Of a stretch of DNA of 64,000 nt, positions 26,946 to 41,850 are shown one piece after another. Made by a program: the position numbers and the translations under genes. Origin of the DNA: Octopus vulgaris (taxonomy: Eukaryota). The DNA is taken from contig OX597821.1 in assembly GCA_951406725.2 (NCBI GenBank), positions 9,858,001 through 9,922,000 of the forward strand, in the 5' to 3' direction. Position 1 is the first letter of the stretch; every line of letters starts with the position of its first letter. Under the pieces are notes generated by a model. The model made no database searches, was not told the origin of the DNA, and was given only the letters and a program-made list of their open reading frames with translations.

Positions 26946-27849
26946 TGTCCATTGTGGAGGTCACACTTGATGACTGTTCTCTTCCGCTAATATTTTGCCG
27001 CTCACTTCACTCATTGACACACTCGCTGAACATCCTTTGCGATGCCTTCTACATAATGATGCCTTCCTTATGCAATTATCATTCTCTTTTAAATATTCCG
27101 TCATATACTGCCCTTTGCTGGTTTACACATACATAAATATCTCTTCCACATAGATTCTCCTCTATATTTTATGTCTATGGCCTATCAAATGTTGCGTTCT
27201 TTATATTTATATTCTATCCCCACTGTCAGCAAGCAATTCATTTTTTTTTCTTTTAGATAATCTTCTTTGCCGCTCGTTTAATCAATTCGCTGTTCTTTAC
27301 GTTTTTTAATCTACGATACATTCCCTTTGTCAGTATAAGTTATCAACTCATTTTATACACACTCACGCACGTATTGGCATAAACGAATTACACACTGGTA
27401 AACGCGAACTATTCTGAATGTGGTTTATAAATTTTCTTTGCCGCAGCACTTCAGGGAATAAAGGAAGATATTTAAGATTTAGAATAAATATTGGGCATTA
27501 ATTCTAATGCTTTTAACTTCTTTAGAACTGCTGTTATTAACTCTAATATTATTAATTCTTCTCCATATACTTAAATAAATATTCATGGATCTTGTTTTAT
27601 TACATTATATGAAGTGGCAGGAACGGCTTCCTATAAACACGAATTTCAAGTAGATGAACACACGCACACAAAATGTATATATATATATATATATATATAT
27701 ACAATACATACATATACGTGCATATGCATGTATGTGTGCATGTATATATTATGTATGTATGTATGTAGGTGTGTACGTGCAGATTTGTATGTTTTATGTA
27801 TGTATTCCCGTGCGTATAGTTACATTTCTAGACATGCTCATACGTATTT

Positions 27850-28425
27850 TAAATGATAAACTTCTGTAAAGTTTTACACATTTTTACAGTACCAGTGATG
27901 TATTGGATATGTAACCTCTGAATTAGCTTTCTCCTTTCCGGTTTTGAGAAGTTTAATTTCTCAATAATGGTTTTTAGGCAATGTATCGTATATTCCAGGT
28001 CCCCTATAATTACAGGTATAAACCTGAACTTATAATCTGAGTAGAGTCACTATAGATTTCTCAATAGTTCAGCAGAGGTGTTCCCTTTTTCACTGATCTT
28101 CAGCTTTTTATTAATATCCACTGACCAACTAATTTCTACAAGTGTGCACAGTTTCTCTTCTCTATCCCAAATCATCATATCAGGTCAGCTGAGCTTACAT
28201 TTTATTGAGGTCTTCGCTGGTGTATTCCACCCGTATTCCTTTTGATTATGAGTGGATATGGCTTCTACCATATTGTGGGCTTCTATTTCTTTGTCCTCGG
28301 GATTATCCCTCGGACGGATTTCATTATAGAGTGTCCTAGCTAAAACGTCATGTCTTATCGGTGAAAAACTGCTGATGATGTGAGTGCTATCTTCTGGAAA
28401 TCGACGCCAACATCTTGCATTTGTA
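27850..28425 (-). mobile_element. 3' fragment of a restriction-like-endonuclease LINE, distinct from the Dong-type copies
   Basis: EDSTHIISS..IRHDVLARTLYNEI, *PDMMIWDREEKLCTLVEIS, FIPVIIGDL, GTVKMCKTLQKFII*. Flanked by CA/TA-rich repeats. Confidence 0.8.
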
Positions 28426-28528
28426 TGTAGAACGTACTAACCACGCAGTTTCACATACTTAATAAACACACAAACACACACACACTGAGGCACACACGCA
28501 CACACATAGACACATATACTTACACACT

Positions 28529-28565
<37 letters not shown>

Positions 28566-28736
28566 GCATACACATACATACTTATATAAACATGTATATG
28601 TAAACATATATCCTTTCTATATATCCATGTGTGTCTGCGTGTAAATAAACTCGCAGTCGTGTAATGAGTACGGGTGTAAGTTTTAATAATCAAGTATGTC
28701 TGTTTCATGAATATTTATGAGTGTTCTTTTGATATA

Positions 28737-28940
28737 CAGTAATCCCTCGCCATATCGCGGTTCACCTTTCGCGCACTCAGTACATCGCAGATCTTCCTGG
28801 CTAATATATGTAACTTTATACCGCGGACTCAGTATATCGCACGTATCTACGGCCAATAGATATCTATATTCTCTTTTAATTTTAATAATTCCCGTAGGAG
28901 GTTTAGGAAAGTAACACCCATGATAGTCGATGGATTACTG
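28737..28940. mobile_element. pogo/Tigger-like MITE
   Basis: TA-CAGTAATCCCTCG ... CGATGGATTACTG-TA gives TIRs with TA flanks. Internal repeat CGCG.ACTCAGTA.ATCGC occurs twice. Confidence 0.8.
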
Positions 28941-29451
28941 TACTTAGGCCATTGCGATTGAGGATTCACCTCAGTATCATCAATTAGAAATCACTAGCAT
29001 AACTTACATGTTTTCCCTGTACGTCTACTCGAGTGCAATTCAGTAACGCCAATCAGTTGGCGGTGATTCTTGCTGAAGATCTCAGGACACCTATATTTTT
29101 AAGCAAATGCGTTGTTTCGTAGTCAAGCGATTCTACAGTAATAGGTAAACATAGATACATATATGCTGGATATAGGTGGTGTAGGTTACACGTTAATTCA
29201 CCAATGATGTGTTGCAATTACACCATTTTGTTGAGGAGGCAATCGCATCTGTCGAAGAAATGATCACTGCAACACCGTAACTAGAAAACAGTTGCTTCCT
29301 GTCACATTGAGCCTTATCTAAATAATCATGTTGCTTAGACAGAAATTTTCCACCAGGATCCTATATTCTTGAAGGTTTGAATATGTTTATATTCTTGAGT
29401 CCTTTTGGTTTGGCCTGACAAGTCATATGTGTATATAGTATCTTACAGAAA

Positions 29452-30728
29452 TATTTGGTCAGTTGCTGAAGTTATGGCTGGGACGAGGATCGGCTGGAAA
29501 TTTCGTCGACTGCTTATGAAGGAATGCTGCTAGAACTGTGAAATTTGGCTGCATTATTACTGAACCCTACTTATTTTGATTCCTACTTCAATGTTCTTTT
29601 CCAGCTGATATCCGATTATTCAAATCTAACTAGTAACATTTCTTGTCTAACTTGTAGCGAATTCTGTTGAAAACGAGCAGAATTTGGCAGCGTGTTATCA
29701 ATTAATGAGGGAAAAGGGCTTAGACTATAAAAGCATTCATGGTGACATTGTTGCAACAGTAAAGGATGACGCTCCAGATTTATCAACAGTGCAAAAGTGA
29801 GCAGCTAAATTTATGAGGGGGAAGGAGATTCTTAAATGTGACTCAAGGTCTGGTCGTCCTGCAACGATTAAAACATCGAACGTGTACCACGTATGGTGAT
29901 GGATGACAGGTAATTGTCTATAAATAAAATGGCAAATGTGATTAGCATATTCAGTTAGAAAGTTGAGAAAATTCTGTGCAAAGAACTTAGCATGACGAAG
30001 GTTCGTTCCACGTTTTGTAACGCCTGTTCAAAAGCCCACGAGGCTGCTCACATCAAGGGAAAGTATCTAACATCTTTTGAGGCTTATCCAGCGGGTTTCC
30101 TTGAACATTTCATAACCCAGGATGATTGTTGACTTCGTCACTTCGACCAGACACAAAGAGACAATCCATGATGTGGAAACAACTCCGTAGAAGGCCAAAG
30201 TGGGTTCATCTGCATGTAAGGTGATGGACACTCTTTTGATGTAAAATATATTGTTTATTGACAATTTCAAAATGGCCGCATCACTAAGGGGAAGTACTGT
30301 TCCAACGCTGAATCAGTTGCGAAACATTATCTAAGCTAAACGCCCAGGAACCTAATGAAAGGTGATATGTTTAACCAGGACAATACTCCAGCACCGGAGT
30401 TCTTGGTTTCAATGGTTGGTGTCTTTGACTGTCCTTTTAATTGGTTGAACATCCTCTCTATCCTTCTGATTTGTCTTCATTCGATTATTATCGTTTCCCC
30501 AACATAAAAAAAACACACGCACTAGGCTGTGGGCCAGTATCGGAGTGATGATGACATCATATGCGCTGTTGATGACATTTTTGACCAAAGGGTGAAAGCT
30601 TCTTCAACAATGTTATCCACTGCAACGCCGATGGAAGAGGTGTGTGGATCACAAGGGAACTGATGTTGAAAAGTAAGCCTGCTATAAAAGTATATTGGCC
30701 TGCCTATGAACTTTTCAACTTACCCTTC
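29452..30728 (+). mobile_element. Decayed mariner (DD34D) transposon
   Basis: IHGDIVATVKDDAPDLSTVQK*AAKF, DSRSGRPAT, ITQDD, FNQDNTPA and HPLYPSDLSSFDYYRFP. Right TIR GCCTATGAACTTTTCAACTTACCCT, with a degenerate left TIR. Confidence 0.88.
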
Positions 30729-30772
30729 TATAGATATATGTATATATATATATATATAAATATACACACACG

Positions 30773-30821
<49 letters not shown>

Positions 30822-30839
30822 AGTGTGTGTGTGTGTACG

Positions 30840-30949
<110 letters not shown>

Positions 30950-31412
30950 TCGTTTGGGTGACGTGAGATTGATATTTTCTATCACAATTCGTAGGCCTAT
31001 TGACGAAACGAGGTACTGTTCCGTGATGCCATTACTGAACCTGCCTAGGAGAGATATAATCTGTGTAGTATAGGGCCAGTGGATAACGATAGTCCTTTCA
31101 ATGCTGTTGATATTTTCTATATTAGCGCATATACAGTCATGTATAGATTTCTTCTGTGATGTTAACTAGTTCAGCTCCAGCTCTCTGTTTATATAGGTGA
31201 GTCCTCGAACCATTGATTCACATGCAATGGATTCACTCTTAGAGTAACTCGCGATTCATATTTCCTGTTACTGCGATCGAGGCTTGAAAAACGAGTGCTG
31301 AGAATAAATCTCAGCTTCAGGTTTTATAAGCAAAAAACATCTACAACTGACATTGATTGCTTCTTCTTACATTCAATGTGTCTGTTTTTCCCCCTCATCT
31401 ATCTGTTTGTCC

Positions 31413-31444
<32 letters not shown>

Positions 31445-31459
31445 CTCTCTCTATATATA

Positions 31460-31854
31460 TCTTTATATATAAAAGTGAAGTTGTGTGTCTGTCTCCTACG
31501 ATTTAGATTCCTAACTACTCCCACATTTTGCGGTGCAGTTTAACCCAAAGCGGGTATCTTATAGTCGTGATTCATATCGAGCCCTTCTGTGTATTAGGGC
31601 GCGTCTACGATGAGTCTACGATTTTAAAAAAATTACCATCATTTTTTCCATTTTAGTGCATTTTTTCGCTATTATATAAGGGAAGTAACTCTCTAAAAAT
31701 GTCTACGATGAGTCAACGATTTAAAAAAAAAATTACCATCATTTGTCTTCCATTTTTAATGCATTTTTTTGCTATTTTTTGGCTATAACTCTGTAAAAAT
31801 GCTTATATAGTTATTTCCCTTACAAATCCGAGCAACGCCGGGCGATACTGCTAG
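31460..31854 (+). mobile_element. Non-autonomous Helitron, complete
   Basis: A|TC 5' end, subterminal hairpin CCGAGCAACGCCGG, CTAG|T 3' end, internal tandem duplication. Homologous to 3741-4243. Confidence 0.85.
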
Positions 31855-32539
31855 TATATATATATATATGTTTCTCTGTGTGTGTAGCTGCGCGTGTGTA
31901 TGCGGTTATAGATGTCCATATTCTGTACACAAACACACACACACACATACAGTTATATATGTGTGTATGTGTGCGTATGCGTGTACGTATATATGTATAT
32001 ATAGCATGTGTTTCAATGCGTGGATGTAGATACTTTTTTTTGCATCCAACTTCTATCATTGTGCGTCATTGTTGAATCTCTCTCCAGTTTTCTCGTGGAT
32101 TGCAGTTCAATGACATCTTTCGTTGGATAACTGTGCCGGTCAATGATTGTTTGTCTACGCTCTATGAACTCTCACTTGATTGACCCTTGTAGAAGAGCTA
32201 CCATTTCTTATCGGATCTTAACTTTATCATCAGTCGTGTAATATTCTGTGCACACATGGGAGATATTTAATTAACTTTCTGTTTAATTAAACATTTCTAG
32301 GAACAGTATTTCTACAATCGATCCTAATGTCTGAGAGATAAGTCGCATGAACTTTGTTCTTTAATGTTGTCAATAAAGTATTGAAATGTGCCGCACTGTG
32401 CTTATTAAAATTGCTTCATCATCGCTTTCGTCGTCTCTATCATTGTTCTTATTATCATAATCTTCACCATAATTTTCACCATCGATTACCAAATAAATAT
32501 TGTATAATTTAATATATACATTTGTTGTCAATATTATTA

Positions 32540-33840
32540 TTACTATCAGTTTTTCTTTTTTTTTCTTTTATCGCACAAATTTTGCTTTGGAAATCCTGGA
32601 AACTTGCATGCGTAGAGGGATTACTATCTACAACCTACGATACCATGCTATTCTTTCTTTTCGGCTATCTAATACTTGCCATATTATTCTGGCCGTGCCA
32701 AGGAGGCAAAATATTAGTAACAGATCTACATTCGAATTTCCTTTATATTCCATTTGATACTGTCTTATACTGTTCCCAAAGACACAACGATAATTTGCTC
32801 CTTCCTCAATGTCTTTCTATGGCCAGGCTATTTTGTACTGAAAGGGGTTGCAGTTATCTACTATTTCGCTTTCCTTCTTGATTATTCGAGGATCAGAGGG
32901 GCGTGCAACATGTACTATATAGAACATGTAATGCACTCTGTCCACCACCACTAGGTCCGGTCTGTTATGCTCGAGAACCTGATCTATATGGATTTTGCTA
33001 GATTTTACCAGAGATGTTTGATAGCTTCCGACTCTGACACTCTGCGATTTGTGCTAATACACATCTTGCCTCTTTCTATGCCTCACCTTTTGCACACTCC
33101 CCAGTGTAACACCTTCGTTACCTGATCATGTCACCACAACTTGTAATGGTTTTGAGCTAGTTTTGGCCATTCGGTTGTGATATGGGCAATGGTTTCGCCC
33201 ACTTTGGTACAGCTGAGGTACAGCGGAATAACTTGCTCATTCCAAAGGTCGACACTCCAGTCTAGTCCTCTCGGTGTTTCTTTCTTCAAGCAATCCCACA
33301 TATTTTCCCAGCAAATTCTGTTGTGCTACATGGAATTCATTGTATCGTCCCTTGTTGCGTAATTCTTCTTCGTGTACATTTTGCACTTCTTTCCTTTTTC
33401 CATTTTTCTCTGCTTCAATACTCCATCGTTCCTAACTGACGTTAGAAAGGTTTCCTTACATAGGGATAGGTATCCCATTAAGCTCTCGATTTCAATACGT
33501 ATGCATTCTTCCACACATGTTACTGTCCACTTCATGTATTACCCATCATTGCCTGCACGTGTATACTGGGCTCCATGCATCCTTAGCAGCCTTCTTGAAT
33601 TCCTGTCACCCTCATTTAGCTCCTCCTCTCTCCACTTCAGGATCCCAGTGTCATAGGGAACTATTGCGACAGCGCACGAACTCATTGCCGAAATTATGGT
33701 CCTGACATTCACCAGTACCTATCTCATTCGCCGAAGATACCCCCTTCGTTAATGTCGCTGTTTACTTCCATCTGCCTCAAGTATTCCCAAGTATTTATTA
33801 CTGGATTGAGATTGAATTGCCGTCATCATTTCAACACCCC
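32540..33840 (-). mobile_element. Old 5'-truncated R4/Dong-type LINE
   Basis: NKYLGILEAD, GILKWREEEL..DRNSRRLLRMHGA, ETIAHITTEWPKLAQNHYKLW*HD, EHNRPDLVVVD and LGTARIIWQVLD. Confidence 0.85.
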
Positions 33841-34075
<235 letters not shown>

Positions 34076-35395
34076 ACCCAAACTTACAAATACTTAGGAA
34101 TCCATGAACATGAAGTAGATAAGACCCAACACACACAAATGAAAGAGAAAATAAAAGAAGAATATTATAGACGAGTTAGATCAATACTAAAAACAGAGCT
34201 CAATGCTAAAAACAAGATAATAGGTATTAACACTTTAGCTGTCCCAGTTATAAGTTACAGCTACAATATCCTTAACTGGACACTAAATGACCAGACCAAA
34301 ATAGATAGGAAAGGAAGAAAAATAATGACAGGGTCTAGGATGCATCACCCAAAATCTGACATAGAAATACTATATATACAACGTATAGAAGGTGGTAGAG
34401 GCCTTATACAGCTGGAAAACTACTATAAAATAACCACCATAGGACTGCAAAAATATCTACTTCAGAAGGAAGGAAAACTGATACAAATAGCGGCAAAACA
34501 CGAGCAAAACAAAAAACTGTTCTCAGTATTTAAGGAAGCTGACAAATACAAACAAGAAATCATACCACCTAATAAATATGAAGAGGAAGAAGAAGAAAAT
34601 GAAGAAACAACAAAAGCTATAAAACAAATGAAATCCAAACTAAAAACAGAACAGCAACGAACCATGATAAAACGATGGCAAGAAAGCCACTTCATGGTAA
34701 ATACTGGACTAAACTAAACGCAAAAGAAATAGACAAAGAAAAATCCCAGCAATGGTTGAGAAGCTCAGGACTCAAAGCAGAGACAGAGGGATTTTTAATT
34801 GCAGCACAAGACCAAAGCCTCCCCACCAGAAATTACCAAAAACATGTAATGAAAAGAAATATAACAAGTAACTGCAGAAAAAAATGGTATAGGCACACAC
34901 CAGAAAAGGTCACAGAAAACGAGAAGGCAACCATACTCTGGGATATGCCGATACACACAGATAGAGAAATTAAGGCCAACAGACCAGATATAGTTGTCAG
35001 AGATCATGAAGAAAAGAAAATGCTTTCTAATTGATGTATCAATACCGGCAGATGACAACGTGTCTCTAAAAGAAATGGAGAAACTCTCAAAATACAAAGA
35101 CCTGGAAATAGAGGTAACCAGAATGTGGAATCTAAAAACAGAAATAATTCCTATCATAGTAGCTGCATTAGGCATGATAAAAAATGTTCAGACAAATACA
35201 TAACAAAAACACTAGGACTTACAAACACATATAACATACAGAAAATTGCACTACGAGGCACTGCACACATCCTACGCAGAACACTTTCCATACAATAACC
35301 ATCAGAACATCACAACAAATCACAGCACATACCCAAGGCACACAGAGCTGCGCTCGGTAGTGAAGTGAAAGCACGCTATAAAAATAAAACTACTG
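34076..35395 (+). mobile_element. Younger 5'-truncated R4/Dong-type LINE inserted in (TAA)n
   Basis: TYKYLGI, INTLAVPVISYS, MHHPKSDIEILY..GGRGL, ETEGFLIAAQDQSL, ANRPDIVV and CFLIDVSIP..EKLSKYKDL, with few frameshifts. (AAT)n on both sides. Confidence 0.93.
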
Positions 35396-35540
<145 letters not shown>

Positions 35541-35769
35541 TATATGAAAACACACAGCTTATTTTGCTGGGTATGTTGGAAAGTGTCAGCTATCCAAAGC
35601 TAGCAGGTTAAGGTGAAACTTGTTTATTGGGCATACGTCTTGCAGAGACACCTACAGCGTTCTTGGACGAGTGAAGGATAAGAGATGCTACGGTTTGACT
35701 GAAAGCTTGAAGAGGGGATGTGTCAGCGGCAGTAATGAAATAACTTCATGCAATGCAAAAGAAACATTT

Positions 35770-35975
35770 AAATGAATATAGTTTTTTTCTAAGTATGTGG
35801 GCAGTACTTGTTAGCATGATATTTTGGATTTCTCTGAGACATTATTCTCCTGGAATCTTATCTAGATGTTTTTAACATGCCTTTTATCTCATACCTAGGG
35901 TACCTACACTAACAGAAACAATTATTGTGCTGACAAGCATTGCTCACATACTTAGAAAAACCCTGTCCATTCAAA
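35770..35975. mobile_element. Two divergent Dong-type 3'-end fragments
   Basis: Minus strand: VGTLGM...KHLDKIPG..LREIQNIMLTSTAHILRK. Plus strand: IVLTSIAHILRKTLSI. Confidence 0.7.
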
Positions 35976-35999
35976 TGTCTCTTTTGTATTACATGAAAA

Positions 36000-36071
<72 letters not shown>

Positions 36072-37820
36072 CATTTTTATTATTATTATTATTATTACTA
36101 TTGATGCTGTTGCTGTTGTTACGGTGTTAGTTTTGTTCCTGTTCTTGTTGCTGTGGTAGTCGATATATGTGTGCCTTTTGGTACTGTGTTTTGAAGCATC
36201 TCTACGAATCATGTGATTGAAGTATAATTCGGGGCCTCTCTTTTATTAAAGAATTACAGATATTTTTTGATTTAAGGGTAATGACAAATCTGACAGAACT
36301 GAATCTTCCATTTTACTTCATTTTCACACCGTAGACACAGCTTTTGATTCATGTTAGCATGCTTGTACATAAACTCGTTTATAATGTCTCAGCAATTTCA
36401 AATACTAGTGTCGTATATTAGCCCGAAACGTGAAGATTCAGTTTCCCTTTGGACAAATAAAAGCCGTTCCAGTGTCCTCTATAAGAACAAACATTAGTGA
36501 AATCTGAAGCACAACAAATACTAACAATCATTACTGTATGTAATTTGCGCAAATCCGAAGTCTCTATTCGCAGCGATCATTGGAAATCGAGACAGGAAAT
36601 CGATTACTCGAATCTACATGCGTCGCTTAACATCACAGTATTCGTATATTGGTTATATATAATGTCTATAGTGAAAATGACAATTGACGTGTTCTTATAT
36701 ATGTATCAAAGGAATTTACATTTCAATCAGATCGGAAAAATACGAAATAACAGGAAATAGATAAGAGATTAAATGGAAGGATAAATTTTGAGTTTAACTT
36801 CCTTATTAACATTTTCACGTAAGATGATTGTTTATATACATGAGTAACTGAAATGTGTGGAAGAGGTTCATATTTCAGAATCGCTTTCTGGTGATTTGCC
36901 TGCGGCACATTATTTGGTGTGAGTGGTATCTAATACAAGCCAGTGGATTGAATTTTTCACTTCGTACAGTGTTTTGATTTTGGAAGACTAAACTGAAATA
37001 AAGGGGGCTTTAATATGCACATCGGTATATTCATTCTACATTATTCAACAGATTGTATGTGCCGGTTAGAAAAACTCGTACTAAATTTCACTGGGGGGAA
37101 ATAAATTATTTCTCAATTGCTCCATTACGATTTACGTACAATTTGGTAGCTAAGATAATCCAGATGTTGAATCTACTGAGGTGTATTCTGAAAACGAAAG
37201 CATTAGATCCGTAACTCTAATTTGGCTGCTTTTAATCATTGAAATGTAATGAGTTGGTACGTTATTCGTAACATTGAAGCAGAGGGAAATCCACACCGCA
37301 ATAGAGGTCTTTCTGGCTTCATAAGAAACAATAAATACGAAAGTGAAACCTGATTTATTACCAGTAATATTTATTATTATCCGACAGATGACTTCCAATC
37401 TATGGAATTCAAGCTTTTTCTCAAATCCGCCTTTTGAATACCTTGATAGGTTTGGTATGTGGTTTCTACCATTGTCGCAAAATTTTTGTGTTTGATTTAC
37501 TGGAATTTAATTGCTTTTATAGAAATTCTTGTATTGTATGGACTTCTCCAGTTGTTAGAATTTGTTTGCTGATTGAGAATTCATTTAAAAATCTATGCAT
37601 TTCCTTAAATTCGGGAATGGAATAAGGACGCCATAGTATCTATTAGAGGCTTGTTGAAAGAAAATTACTTTAAAAGTTAGATGTAGGTAGTCAAAGGTTG
37701 GCTTCATCCGTAGATGTGAGGTGACATCTACGAATAATACAAACAGGGATCTAATAGAAAGGAATAGATTCATTTAACTGAATACCATTCAGTTTACTCT
37801 GCGACTCTATATTAGCATTT

Positions 37821-38207
37821 GTGGAGGCGCAATGGCCCAGTGGTTAGGGCAGCGGACTCGTGGTCGTAGGATCGCGGTTTCGATTCCCAGACCGGGCATT
37901 GTGACTGTTTATTGAGCGAAAACACCTAAAAGCTCCACGAGGCTCCGGCAGAGATGATGGTGATCCCTGTTGTACTCTTTCACCACAACTTTCTCTCACT
38001 CTTACTCCCTGTTTCTGTTGTACCTGTATTTCAAAGGGCCGGCCTTCTCACTCTCTGTGTCACGCTGAATATCCCCGAGAACTACGTTAAGGGTACACGT
38101 GTCTGTTGAGTGCTCAGCCACTTACACGTTAATTTCACGAGCAGGCTGTTCCATTGATCGGATCAACCGGAACCTTCGTCGTCGTAACCGACGGAGTGCT
38201 TCCACAA
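37821..38207 (+). mobile_element. SINE family A, full length
   Basis: Homology to the 651 copy. TSD TAGCATTT at 37813-37820 and 38208-38215. Confidence 0.93.
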
Positions 38208-39508
38208 TAGCATTTACTTCTTTAGCCCCCAAATTTACTGTAGTACTAGCAATTGTTTTTACTGTTATTAATGTTAAATCTGTCCCTGATGAGAAAAGCA
38301 ATGATCAGACTATCCAAATTAAATTATTCCTGTATCTATATCTTGATATTTAACTGCACTTTCACCGCTCATCACTACTCTTACTTTTCTGAAAATCCCG
38401 CTATTCAGGATGCTGCTTCCGCCGTTAATGTATCTTAGACGTAGGTTTGGTGATTGGTTTCTGGAATATTACCAGATTCATATTAACCAACTACCAACGA
38501 ATTGCAGTAAATAGAAGATAAGCGCAACCAGAGAGTTTGCCTTTCTATGCAGGTGTACTTGGCGGTCAATAATTTACTTCTAGCATTATGCTCATATTAT
38601 TAAGTATGCTGATTTCCGATATACTTAAGAAGCAAACACTCAAATTTGGGAAACTGAATTCAGTTTTGAGGTCCTATATTCTATACTAGTTTTCAGGTTG
38701 TCTCTTGCCCACTGAATATTATGTGTTTCCCGAGGATAGCATTGAAATTCATTCAACGGAAATGCCCTCAGGGTGGCATAATTTTATTTAGTCTTAAAAT
38801 ACGACGCTCGCAAAATTGATAAAAATATATCTTAGAGATGATGGATGGGCCACCATATATTTTCTGTCATCAAAGGATGTATTGCAGTTTACAGAAAGTG
38901 TATTTTACATATAAGAATGTCATTTACTCTGAGATATAACATTGAACCTTTTACATATTAAAATATCCATAATTTATTTAAATTTTCTCTTACTCGATAA
39001 CAATCTATTACGATTTAAGAAAATAAGATTTCCTTCGGGCAAAAAACAACAAATTTTCATTTTTAAATTACGCTACTTTGTAATTCAAGACTTAATGTTA
39101 TTAAAAATTAGCACGACTTCTGTTCAGTGGAATTTATTTAAATTTATCGATCAGACAGGTGAGAATATACAAGGAAGATGAAGACGTACAACATGCTCAA
39201 TAAGAACTTTTATATAAATCTAATTTGAAATGTAAATTATTTTTGTTCATCCCTTGAGAAATTTTATAAGAATTACTAATTTGTAAAATAGAAAGATCTC
39301 CAAAGTTTCACTGATCAATATCAGTTTAAGAATTAAGGCACGCATTACAGGGTGAGTCAGTAGTACGGGCGCAGACAGACACATACACAACTATATAATA
39401 AACCTATATACATACCAATAGGTACATATATATATGGATGTATAAATACACAAAAGCACACCAACAAGCCCACACCTATGCACACACAACACATATATAT
39501 ACATACAT

Positions 39509-39548
<40 letters not shown>

Positions 39549-39603
39549 TTCGTTTGTTTTCCACCTGCCTTCGTCTTTTGTTTATTTTCATAAAGCTTCC
39601 CGT

Positions 39604-39689
<86 letters not shown>

Positions 39690-39867
39690 GCATATATAGA
39701 TAGTTAGATATATATAAAACTTTGAAATGTATGCGTGGCGTTCAATCATGTAATAATATAAATGTGTGTGTGTATATATATGTGTGTGAGTATGTATATA
39801 TATATATGCATATATACGTACATATATGTACATACTTGCATATATATTATATACATATGCATATGTG

Positions 39868-40167
39868 GGCACAGCATGTCACAGGACGTAAACAAGTTGA
39901 AATACGAAATGCGAAAACATGGATTACGAACTATATTTGCAAACGACGAATGAAACAAATGGAAAACAAAACAAGCAATTTACGAATATCATGAATTGCT
40001 CGAAATACGTAGTTGAAAAAAACAGCCGACAACTGATGAAGACTCGTTCGTTATGTTGCTTGTCTTGTTTTCCATCTGTTTCTTTCGGTCTTCGCAAAAG
40101 AAGTTCGTATTGCGTGTTTTCGCATTTCATATTTTATGTTTTTTTACGTTCTGTGACCTTCTGTGCC
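39868..40167. mobile_element. Fold-back element with ~120-bp inverted arms between (TA)n tracts
   Basis: 39868-39986 is an imperfect reverse complement of 40047-40167. Related to the 12352 repeat. Confidence 0.75.
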
Positions 40168-40226
40168 TATATAGGCATATGTATATACATACATATATGT
40201 ATGTATATATGCATATAGATATATAT

Positions 40227-40279
<53 letters not shown>

Positions 40280-41450
40280 GTTGCATACAAACAAATATGT
40301 ATATGTGCAACATAAAAATTGATATGTGATTGAGTTCATTTAGTTTCGCACTTTTATCTGCATACTACCAATACTAGATAGAGGGGGGCATCCTTAATTG
40401 CTTATTTAACCAGTCGTTGAACACACTGGTAGAGAATAAAACGAAAATCGCGTTCAATTGAAGGATATTACTGAATTCCATAGTTTCTCCTACCATCAGT
40501 AACAGGTTTAATTTCCTTTCATTAATGTGGTCTAGAATACGAAGTATTTCGTAACTTGTGTGTGTGTGTGTGCGTGCGTGTGTGCGTGCGTGCGTACACG
40601 TGTGTATGCGTGTGTGTATGTGCATGTTTGTATTTCTATATGTATATGCGAGCGTGATTAAGTCATTCGTCTTTTTTGTTGTCGTCATAATCTAGTACTA
40701 CTACAATAACATACCGCAGGCGAATGGGTAAAAAAAGGAGAAAGAACTTTAAGATTATGTAAGTAATATATATCTTTGATATTTTTCTTTTAGTTGTTTC
40801 AGCCATCTATCGATACACCTCACAAGACTTTGGTTCCTGAGATTACTGTAAAAATCGCTGATCACTTGTGTCAGGAAGTAGGAGTGTAGCCAAAAGCTTA
40901 TGCTAGCGAAGCATGCTACTTAATCACGTCTGTGCTCATTTAAAATGATCTTAAAAAAGAGGGGAATTATTTAGTAAAACTTGCTAAAGTGCATCTAGTG
41001 TTACATTATTGATATTACTTTTCATAGATTATTTTAAATTCCCAAATAGCTATTCAGACTGAAATCGGTCAATCTCACAATTTCACATGCATCAAGAGGA
41101 AATATATTTCATAATAAATTAAAGCGAGTGAGACTTTCACCAGACATATCTATTTTGCTATTTAAAACTTGAGTGAACAATAAATTAAGTGAAATTCATT
41201 GAAACAGCTGGGATCGAAGTCGTAAATTATTCGTGCGTAAAAGCCACTTTCAAAGTATCTTACAAGGCAGAAACCGTGCATATAGATAGCGACGAATGAC
41301 AGCATAAATGAATTATTCCTTGATGTTTTATGCATCAATGTGTATTTATTAACGTGTCATCAGCGTTCAAATACTCACTGAATAATTATACGAGAATTTG
41401 CGTATCAGTATTAGTACTTATTCCTCTATTTTTTTTCATTTTTATTTAGA

Positions 41451-41850
41451 GTGGAAAGCTGTCAGAATCGTTAGCGCACCGAGGAAAATGCTTAGCGGCA
41501 TTTCATCCGCCTTTACATTCTGATTTCAAATTCCACCGGGTTCTGCCTTGTCGTCCATCCCTTCGATGGAAATTTATACCAGTTGAAAATTGGAGTCGAT
41601 GTAAACGATTTACCACTCATTTAAAATCGCTTGCATTGTAACAAAATTTGAAATAAGTACGTATGTATAGCTTTGTTTAGCGCAGCGTGCAGTTCGAATT
41701 GTTAACAAACAGAGAAAAATGCTTCGCGGCATGTCTGCTCTATTTACGCTGTCATTTCAAATGCCAGCGAGGTCAAATTCACCTTTCAGGGCCAATAAAA
41801 TAATTACAGGTCGAGCACTGGGGGTCGATACAACTGCTACGATTTCCACA
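41451..41850 (+). mobile_element. Two adjacent old family-C SINE copies
   Basis: CAGAATCGTTAGC...AAATGCTTAGCGGCATTTC...GTCGAT motifs repeat at 41451-41655 and 41680-41850. Confidence 0.7.
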
